NCBI GenBank assembly: GCA_965112155.1
Contig: OZ218115.1
DNA length: 64,000 nt
Reading direction: 5' to 3' (one strand)
Source: Podarcis liolepis
Taxonomy: Eukaryota
In this document: positions 60,001-64,000 of the stretch, piece after piece
Position numbering within the stretch: position 1 is the first letter of the stretch
Layout: the number at the start of each line of letters is the position of its first letter
Program-made: the position numbers and the translations under genes
The notes under the pieces: model-generated
Database searches by the model: none
Seen by the model: the letters and a program-made list of their open reading frames with translations, nothing else
Told to the model about the DNA's origin: nothing

Positions 60001-61991
60001 GTCCATGGCAAAGCAAGGAAAATATAAGGATCAGTGAACTGAATGCAATCTTTGCCCAGTACACATAATTCCAATGGGAGATACCATGGTCTGGTTTACA
60101 TACAGTGTTAAACCATGGTTTAAATTAGCTAAGGTTTGGTGTTGCATACAAACCCAGCCCAGCACCTTAACTACAGTTAGCTATGATTTTGTTAGCAAAA
60201 ATAAGCCATGGTTTGTTGCTGGCTGTTGGTTTACTCACCTTAACTATGGATTAGCATTCCATACAAACCCAGTCAGTTCATTCGTTATAGTTTATGTATG
60301 AGCAGCTTCAGATCTATGAAGAGATAAGGAGGCTCTCCCACAAACTGGGTCCTTAAAAGTCTATCCTAGCTAAGGGCCCCGTCTGAAGCCATAGCTTCTT
60401 TCTGTGTTACTGTTCATCCCCAGCATGTGCCACTGTAGCAATATCCCAGACTACTATCAGACCCTCCAAGTGTCCCCATTTCGCCCCAGTTTCTGATTTG
60501 ACCCCAGAATGTCCCACTTTTCCTTAGGATGTTCCTATTTCCGTAGGAGAAATGTTGGATGGTATGTACTAGGGCATTATTGTGACTGGAAGAGCTCAAG
60601 AGTCCATCAACTTCCTGACACCTTTCCTTAAGGCAGAATCTTTGCCCAGACTCTGCACTGACGCAAGATTTACCCCAAAATCAGAGCAGAAGGACAAAGG
60701 CTTCTTATTGCCTAAGGTGTCGGTTGTGGGTTCACGAGAGCGCAGATATTGGCTCAACCACATCCCACTTCTTGGGCAACTTTCCCCCTCAATGTAATTC
60801 AAGTAATTCAAATTTGATGCGGCGGGTGGGGAGAAAAGAAGGCAAACAATTGTTTGAGCTTGGAAAATGTGCGTGCGGCGCGTCAGGAGCTCGCTCGACC
60901 GGCGAGTCAAAAGGCATCTACAAGAAATGGCTCGGCGGAAGGCGAGCGCCAGGCCGCCCCTCCTCCCACTCCTAAATAGTTAACGGGCCTTTCCGAAGCG
61001 GAGCGCCGCGCCGGGCTGGGCTGGGCCAGAGATGGCGGGAGGGCGCGCGGGGCGGAGGGCGGGGGCTGCAGCAACGCGAACCGAGGCCGGGGCTGAAGGG
61101 GGCTTCCCCCCTTTTTTTGCAGACTCCAGACAAAAAGCCTGAAACCGGAGCCGCCTCCTGCAACCCTCCCCGCCACGCCCAGATGCAGCGTCCTCCCGCC
61201 CGCCCCACCCCTCCAGCCAGGCCTCTTCGCGACTCTCCCCAAAAGGCACCCCATGACTACAGAAATGGGACCCCCAACTCCGAGGCGGCCCCGATCCGCC
61301 ACCAGCGGTCCTTCTCTCCCCCCCCCGCCCAACCCCGCCACAAATCCCGCGAAGCTACGCACGCCCCCTTCGCGGGAGGGGCCAAGCGCGCCCCTCTCCT
61401 CTTCACCTGGGCCTCGCCATGGAGAGGAGAGCGGGGTGCCTTTCCAGTCCCCCCCTCCATAAGAGACAGACTTGGGTGCCCCGCATCCAAAGACCCCGCA
61501 CTCCCCCACTTTTAGGATGCCCCCTTCAGGTCCCCTTTTCGCCCTCTCCGCCCCCCTCCCCTCTTTCGCTGGGACTTACCGATGGAGACCAGCTTGATGT
61601 TCTCTCTTTCCAGAAACTCCAGCGCCACCGAAACGTTCTCCAGCTGCATCTGCCGGAAAGTGGGGCGCGTGTTGTACTTGCGCCCCATCTTCTTCTGGCT
61701 CAGCACCTCGAGCAGCGCGATGAGGCGCAGCCCGTCCCCCAAGTCCGTCTGCAAGTTGGCGATGCGCTTGTTGACGCATTTCAGGTGCTCGTTGCACCAG
61801 CGCGTGAAGGTGTTCTGCTGGATCTTCTTCCAGGGCGCGTCCTCCGCCAGGTCCTTCTCGGTGGCCGGCATCTCGGCAGCGACCTCCCCCTGGATGCTGC
61901 TGCTGTTGCTGCCGCTGCCTGCTCCTCCGCCGCCGCCACCAACGCCTCCCGCTCCTGCGGCCTGATGGAGTCGCGCTTGAGAGCCGCTCAT
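1793..61991 (-). CDS. FLNA: Filamin A, spliced CDS of 43 exons in window, 3'-partial (exons 45-48 off the left edge)
   Basis: N-terminus ...[28 protein letters not shown]1/CH2 and filamin Ig repeats; FLNA-type segments (VSIGGHGL micro-exon, hinge ending [14 protein letters not shown]); consistent phases; 7192 coding nt. Confidence 0.97.
2658..2773 (-). CDS. FLNA: FLNA exon 43 (116 nt), ends in the Q/R editing codon
   Basis: [18 protein letters not shown]...RRLTVSSLQ; CAG|GTGAGG. Confidence 0.96.
4958..5095 (-). CDS. FLNA: FLNA exon 42 (138 nt), Ig21 (integrin-binding face)
   Basis: [26 protein letters not shown]...IVQEP; CAG/GTAAGT. Confidence 0.96.
6075..6468 (+). mobile_element. CR1 LINE 3' fragment
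   Basis: TTTAGCCTGGATAAGAGGAG...GGTTGGACTAAATGACC...CCCTTCCAGCTCTACCATTCTGAGATTC, a typical CR1 3' end. Confidence 0.8.
6682..6948 (-). CDS. FLNA: FLNA exon 41 (267 nt), Ig20-21
   Basis: [16 protein letters not shown]...ERAEAGVP; CAG/GTAGGA. Confidence 0.96.
7186..7552 (-). mobile_element. Full-length Sauria-type SINE with target-site duplication
   Basis: tRNA-like head GGGACGCGGGTGGCGCTGTGG...GGTTCGAATCC on minus strand, (ACCTTT)n tail, TSD CTTGTCTGAATA at 7174-7185 and 7553-7564; CpG-rich, so young. Confidence 0.9.
7673..7808. mobile_element. Palindromic hAT-type MITE (GGACTACAACTCCCATC family)
   Basis: Near-palindromic 136 bp; 8-bp TSD TTCTAGAT. Many decayed copies elsewhere (e.g. about 4370-4490, 5250-5370, 14280-14350, 52340-52440). 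Confidence 0.8.
8846..8968 (-). CDS. FLNA: FLNA exon 40 (123 nt, 41 aa; the 'var-1' cassette carrying the S2152-equivalent phosphosite)
   Basis: [40 protein letters not shown]; CAG/GTGAGT. Confidence 0.96.
9728..9880 (-). CDS. FLNA: FLNA exon 39 (153 nt), Ig19
   Basis: [16 protein letters not shown]...ADQHVP; TAG/GTGCGG. Confidence 0.95.
9951..10120 (+). mobile_element. 3'-truncated Sauria-type SINE
   Basis: GGACACGGGTGGGGCTGTGGGTTAAACC...GGTTCGAATCCCCGCG...GTAGATAAATAGGTACC. Confidence 0.85.
10665..10868 (-). CDS. FLNA: FLNA exon 38 (204 nt)
   Basis: [19 protein letters not shown]...IDTRDA; TAG/GTATGC. Confidence 0.96.
11003..11164 (-). CDS. FLNA: FLNA exon 37 (162 nt)
   Basis: [18 protein letters not shown]...LRNGHV; CAG/GTGAGT. 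Confidence 0.96.
11303..11476 (-). CDS. FLNA: FLNA exon 36 (174 nt)
   Basis: [14 protein letters not shown]...FTAKIT; CAG/GTGAGA. Confidence 0.96.
11590..11629. repeat. (TG)n microsatellite
   Basis: Direct observation. Confidence 0.95.
11873..12001 (-). CDS. FLNA: FLNA exon 35 (129 nt)
   Basis: [15 protein letters not shown]...KDAGE; TAG/GTGAGT. Confidence 0.96.
12125..12265 (-). CDS. FLNA: FLNA exon 34 (141 nt)
   Basis: [20 protein letters not shown]...NMHIP; CAG/GTAACA. Confidence 0.96.
13224..13314 (-). CDS. FLNA: FLNA exon 33 (91 nt), hinge end and Ig16 start
   Basis: [30 protein letters not shown]; CAG/GTAATG. Confidence 0.92.
15045..15081. repeat. (GT)n microsatellite
   Basis: Direct observation. 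Confidence 0.95.
15653..15788. mobile_element. Palindromic hAT-type MITE
   Basis: TIRs GGGTTTCCCAAACTTGG / CCAAGTTTGGGAAACCC; flanking GGTTAGAT duplication. Confidence 0.78.
16160..16261 (-). CDS. FLNA: FLNA exon 32, hinge 1 (about 102 nt; donor uncertain)
   Basis: [34 protein letters not shown] resembles human hinge 1 (AL...QQTW); CAG acceptor; first in-frame GT donor is GCA|GTAACA. Confidence 0.75.
18341..18790. mobile_element. PIF/Harbinger-like non-autonomous element
   Basis: Perfect 21-bp TIRs GGGCTTATCCACACTTACTTT (18341-18361) and its reverse complement (18770-18790); flanked by TAA/TCA. Confidence 0.75.
19205..19534. mobile_element. Tc1/mariner (Tigger-like) MITE
   Basis: TA-flanked TIRs CAGTGGTGCCTCGCAAGACGAA / TTCGTCTTGCGGGGCACCACTG; internal TTAGCGG-like repeats. 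Confidence 0.85.
20290..20329. repeat. (ATGT)n tetranucleotide microsatellite
   Basis: Direct observation. Confidence 0.95.
20725..20972 (-). CDS. FLNA: FLNA exon 31 (248 nt), Ig15
   Basis: [18 protein letters not shown]...SPFQVT; CAG/GTGAGT. Confidence 0.96.
24762..24785 (-). CDS. FLNA: FLNA exon 30, 24-nt alternatively spliced micro-exon (VSIGGHGL)
   Basis: CTCAG|TGTCGATTGGAGGTCATGGGCTAG|GTAAGC; matches the 8-aa cassette distinguishing the two main human FLNA isoforms. Confidence 0.93.
   Translation of the reverse strand, partial: CRLEVMG
25042..25231 (-). CDS. FLNA: FLNA exon 29 (190 nt)
   Basis: [17 protein letters not shown]...ASKCTVT; CAG/GTGAGC. Confidence 0.96.
26101..26257 (-). 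CDS. FLNA: FLNA exon 28 (157 nt)
   Basis: [15 protein letters not shown]...LAVQIT; CAG/GTAAGT. Confidence 0.96.
26988..27111 (-). CDS. FLNA: FLNA exon 27 (124 nt)
   Basis: [25 protein letters not shown]...EEVP; CAG/GTATGG. Confidence 0.95.
27194..27364 (-). CDS. FLNA: FLNA exon 26 (171 nt)
   Basis: [16 protein letters not shown]...VQGPK; TAG/GTAAGC. Confidence 0.96.
28574..28734 (-). CDS. FLNA: FLNA exon 25 (161 nt)
   Basis: [18 protein letters not shown]...YGGHQVP; CAG/GTACCG. Confidence 0.95.
29743..29905 (-). CDS. FLNA: FLNA exon 24 (163 nt)
   Basis: [21 protein letters not shown]...FTVET; CAG/GTAAAA. Confidence 0.95.
30443..30616 (-). CDS. FLNA: FLNA exon 23 (174 nt)
   Basis: [16 protein letters not shown]...YTPYED; CAG/GTGAGA. 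Confidence 0.96.
31360..31957 (-). CDS. FLNA: FLNA exon 22 (598 nt), Ig9-10
   Basis: [14 protein letters not shown]...YGPGVEGK; CAG/GTGAGG. Confidence 0.97.
33047..33309 (-). CDS. FLNA: FLNA exon 21 (263 nt)
   Basis: [18 protein letters not shown]...PPTNPSK; CAG/GTAGGA. Confidence 0.96.
35752..35869 (-). CDS. FLNA: FLNA exon 20 (118 nt)
   Basis: [19 protein letters not shown]...ISGLGD; CAG/GTATGT. Confidence 0.95.
36342..36511 (-). CDS. FLNA: FLNA exon 19 (170 nt)
   Basis: [17 protein letters not shown]...YTPVQQ; CAG/GTGAGT. Confidence 0.96.
37308..37398 (-). CDS. FLNA: FLNA exon 18 (91 nt)
   Basis: [30 protein letters not shown]; CAG/GTGAGC. Confidence 0.95.
37485..37645 (-). CDS. FLNA: FLNA exon 17 (161 nt)
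   Basis: [22 protein letters not shown]...LFADQ; AAG acceptor/GTAAGA. Confidence 0.95.
37847..37984. mobile_element. Palindromic hAT-type MITE nested in an older copy
   Basis: 8-bp TSD ATCTGGAG at 37839-37846 and 37985-37992. Confidence 0.78.
38020..38358 (-). mobile_element. Sauria-type SINE with TSD
   Basis: AAAGGT tail repeats; TSD TTCCTGGTGTA at 38009-38019 and 38359-38369. Confidence 0.88.
39295..39519. mobile_element. hAT-like MITE
   Basis: Imperfect TIRs CAGGGGTGTAGTGT / ACGCTATGCCACTG; 8-bp TSD GCCCAAGC/GTCCAAGC. Confidence 0.7.
40979..41102 (-). CDS. FLNA: FLNA exon 16 (124 nt)
   Basis: [18 protein letters not shown]...AEAGQ; TAG/GTGAGT. Confidence 0.96.
41455..41598 (-). CDS. 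FLNA: FLNA exon 15 (144 nt)
   Basis: [19 protein letters not shown]...PNSPYR; CAG/GTTGGT. Confidence 0.94.
41735..41848 (-). CDS. FLNA: FLNA exon 14 (114 nt)
   Basis: [26 protein letters not shown]...KVQVQ; CAG/GTGAGA. Confidence 0.96.
42512..42705 (-). CDS. FLNA: FLNA exon 13 (194 nt)
   Basis: [19 protein letters not shown]...DFYPEK; CAG/GTAAGT. Confidence 0.96.
43301..43437 (-). CDS. FLNA: FLNA exon 12 (137 nt)
   Basis: [21 protein letters not shown]...DDVGTL; TAG/GTAACC. Confidence 0.96.
44845..44971 (-). CDS. FLNA: FLNA exon 11 (127 nt; 124 nt if the distal AG of the NAGNAG is used)
   Basis: [22 protein letters not shown]...WGGQHIP; CAG-AAG acceptor/GTAAGA. Confidence 0.93.
47421..47558 (-). 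CDS. FLNA: FLNA exon 10 (138 nt)
   Basis: [17 protein letters not shown]...VTIKGP; CAG/GTAAGT. Confidence 0.96.
48060..48260 (-). CDS. FLNA: FLNA exon 9 (201 nt)
   Basis: [18 protein letters not shown]...SPYTVTIGQ; CAG/GTGAGT. Confidence 0.96.
50018..50180 (-). CDS. FLNA: FLNA exon 8 (163 nt)
   Basis: [15 protein letters not shown]...YFEIFTA; TAG/GTCAGT. Confidence 0.95.
50280..50357 (-). CDS. FLNA: FLNA exon 7 (78 nt)
   Basis: [26 protein letters not shown]; AAG acceptor/GTAAGA. Confidence 0.94.
50488..50606 (-). CDS. FLNA: FLNA exon 6 (119 nt), Ig1
   Basis: [18 protein letters not shown]...GHREE; CAG/GTGAGT. Confidence 0.96.
50830..51185 (-). mobile_element. Sauria-type SINE
   Basis: Same body as the 38020-38358 copy; AAAGGTAAAGGG tail; no clear TSD. 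Confidence 0.85.
51493..51640 (-). CDS. FLNA: FLNA exon 5 (148 nt)
   Basis: [24 protein letters not shown]...KARAYGP; TAG/GTGAGT. Confidence 0.96.
51997..52094 (-). CDS. FLNA: FLNA exon 4 (98 nt)
   Basis: [32 protein letters not shown]; TAG/GTAAGC. Confidence 0.96.
52594..52842 (-). CDS. FLNA: FLNA exon 3 (249 nt), CH1/CH2
   Basis: [14 protein letters not shown]...VDSCAP; AG/GTAAGC. Confidence 0.97.
55045..55070. repeat. (AGC)n trinucleotide repeat, intronic
   Basis: Direct observation. Confidence 0.9.
55849..56074. mobile_element. Tc1/mariner (Tigger-like) MITE
   Basis: TA TSD; TIRs CAGTGGTACCTCGGGTTA / TAACCCGAGGTACCACTG. Confidence 0.88.
56938..57182. mobile_element. Degenerate Tc1/mariner MITE
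   Basis: TA-CAGTGGTACCTC left end; decayed right end AACCTGAGGTATGAC; CpG-rich core. Confidence 0.65.
57891..57900. promoter_or_regulatory. Perfect CArG box (SRF site) in first coding intron
   Basis: CCTTATATGG with neighbouring AP-1 motifs (58208-58214, 58234-58240). Confidence 0.5.
61580..61991 (-). CDS. FLNA: FLNA exon 2 coding part (412 nt): N-terminus and CH1; exon acceptor probably at 62065
   Basis: MSGSQ...IKLVSI; donor G|GTAAGT; polypyrimidine-CTGCAG acceptor at 62066-62090. Confidence 0.96.
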
Positions 61992-63122
61992 TATAACGGC
62001 TGGGCTCGGGGTGGGTGGGACCCCGGCGCTGGGTAGGTTGGGCCCGGGATTAAAGGCGCAGGATCCTGCAGAAGAACAGAGGAGAGGGAGGCGGTGAAGT
62101 TAGGCGCGACCAAAGGCGCACGGCGAGGCGCACAGAAGAGCCAGACACACGCCCACCTCGGGGCAGCGGAGACTGGGCTCCAAGGAGGGCAAGGCGGCAG
62201 CCCCAGCCCCACAGAAGCGGCGAGCGCCTCCAAGCTGCGCGCACCTCCAGGGGCTGGTAGTCGGACGGGCGGGGCAGGAAGGAATCCCCAGACCCGAGGC
62301 TTCTGCAATCCTGTGCACGCTCACTTGGCGCGCAATCCCAATTGGGAGTGCGGGGGTGGAGTGGGATCTACTCTGGAGTAAGTTTATACATAGGCAACAG
62401 CTGCAAAAGTGCCTAGCCCTCTTAAAGGTGGGTCAGCGAGCTTAGGGAGGGGTCCTGCAAAAGGAGTGAAGGGCAAGCTATTCCTTGGCCACGGCAGCCC
62501 AAGGAAGCCTCCATGTGCAGAAGCAGTGTATCTGGGAGGAGGAGGGGCGAGGGCTTCCCGGAGGCTACTTTGGGAAGCGGTGGACGAGGCTCTAAACCTC
62601 TCGGGTCCCTCCAGCGAACCTCTCTTCTGGAGCCTATGGGCCTGGAATGGCAGGGTGCCGAGGCCTTTGCTTTACGCGGGGCCCTTTGGCAAGGGATCAC
62701 AAGGGGGGCGTTACTTGGGAATTGCAGCCGCAGCCAGACCCGCTCGCTCACCCCACACCTTCGAAAGAAGGCGCGAGGCGGGAGAGCAGCTGGGGAAAGA
62801 ATGGGGGGCGCGCCTTCCGTGGGGCCTCCTTCTCTGCCCACCCCCGTGCCCACCACTTCCTTTTTAAAAGTGAGGATCTCGGGCACCAGGCGCGAAGATC
62901 CGGGGGATGCTGTGATGGCAAGGCGGGAGGAAAGGCGCCCCCGCCCTGGAAGGCCCTGATCCCGGGTGTTCTCTGTCTCTCGCACACACCCCGACCCAGA
63001 GAAGGAAACGAGACTTGCCCCAGGAGGGAGGCAGCTCTGAAGCGGGGGGATTCCGCGGTGAGCCAGCCCCCCTCCCCCAGCTGGAAGGCGCCGGAGAAAT
63101 GCCCCCGGGCTAGGAAGCGCAC

Positions 63123-63395
63123 GTCTCCCGAATTCCTGCGCCTGCCCCTCCTGCCGCCCCCGCCCCGGCCGGCCCTGCGCCTCTTTTGCCTCGACTGCGG
63201 CTCTGGCTGCCCTGGGTGTCTCCTCTTGCTGGGGAGGGTGAGATCCAGGGTCTCTCTCTGTGTCTGCCTCCCTCTCGCCCTCGACACAGCACGGCGACGG
63301 GGCCGGTCTCGGCTTGTCATCTGCTTGCAGCTGCTCGCCTGCCTGCCTGCCTTCCCTCCGCTGCGCTCCCTCTCTGACACCTCCACGGCTGAGCT
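63123..63395 (-). other. FLNA: Candidate non-coding exon 1 of FLNA (boundaries uncertain; alternative donor near 62752)
   Basis: Purine-rich leader starting GCCGTGGAGG..GCGCAGCGGA, resembling my recollection of the human mRNA 5' end; weak donor GAC|GTGCGC. Confidence 0.3.
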
Positions 63396-64000
63396 GCTGC
63401 TCTAGGATCGCTCAGTCAGTAGAGCGAGAGATTCTTAACCCCAGGGCTTCTTCAAGAAGCAACCTTCAAAATAAAATAAAAAATCAAAGATCCTTACCGT
63501 ATAAATTATTAAAATACGTGGATATTTGTGCAGAAATGACCGCACAAACTTTATTTTAGTTCAATAAAGAAATAAAATTTTGTTTAGAAAAAAGCATCTC
63601 CGGGTTTGTGGGTGCCAGCCCCCCAGGCAGCCCCAAAGATTGCTGCGTGGTTGGGGTCAGACTAGTTGACCTTCGTGCTCCCTTCCTATTTTTACAAGCC
63701 TCTTTGGGCCTGCCATACAGAGGGAAGTGGCTTGGGGAGAGGTGTTCTGGAGCAGGTTTTATTCATGACCAAAGATTCCACTTCTCTGCTGAATGGTTTG
63801 TGTTGGGTCATCTGTGGTAGAGGCTAGAGTACCTCTGAACATGTGCAAAGTCCGCTCTCAGACTGATGTAGACACACACATTTGCACATCATACACATTC
63901 TAGGGTTAAGGGCCCTGTAATTTTTCAGAGAAAAGAGAAACCCTGGCAGCCTTGATTTGTAGAAAATTAACTAGACCCAACCAAAAACGGTCTCACGTGA

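Larger units (their letters stand above)
60860..63400. promoter_or_regulatory. CpG island / FLNA promoter-proximal region
   Basis: Sharp rise in GC and CpG density, with GC boxes (GGGGCGG), around the first coding exon. Confidence 0.8.

Noticed and set aside
62400-63405. Long overlapping ORFs (148-252 aa) upstream of the ATG
   Set aside because: Expected from stop-codon scarcity in a CpG island; low-complexity Arg/Gly/Pro content.
1-64000. Hundreds of 60-250 aa ORFs in the six-frame track as independent genes
   Set aside because: They are read-throughs of FLNA exons into introns, antisense shadows or random ORFs with alternative starts; none resembles another protein I recognise.

Overview
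Eukaryotic (vertebrate) genomic DNA, almost certainly a squamate and probably a lacertid lizard, judged from its Sauria-type SINEs, CR1 ends and palindromic hAT/Tc1 MITEs. The window is filled by one minus-strand gene, filamin A (FLNA). I located 43 coding exons (human exon numbers 2-44), all bounded by GT-AG, from ATG 61991 down to 1793; they total 7192 nt (~2397 codons). They encode the CH1/CH2 actin-binding domain, Ig repeats 1-15, hinge 1 and Ig16 to mid-Ig22. Exons 45-48 lie beyond the left edge, and a CpG island covers the 5' end. Most exon sizes equal the human FLNA sizes as I recall them. Nearly all other ORF-track entries are noise or exon read-throughs. The interesting signal is post-transcriptional. 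Intron 9 carries a poison-exon cassette whose splice-site combinations all frameshift. The exon-43 Q/R A-to-I recoding site is conserved, and the downstream intron holds an unannotated in-frame micro-exon candidate with a perfect donor that overlaps a possible editing-complementary sequence. There is also the 24-nt VSIGGHGL micro-exon with a possible sister exon, candidate extra hinge-1 exons, an inverted SINE pair around exons 39-40, and an SRF/AP-1/TEAD motif cluster in the first coding intron. Cryptic-exon calls are sequence-based inferences that need RNA-seq.
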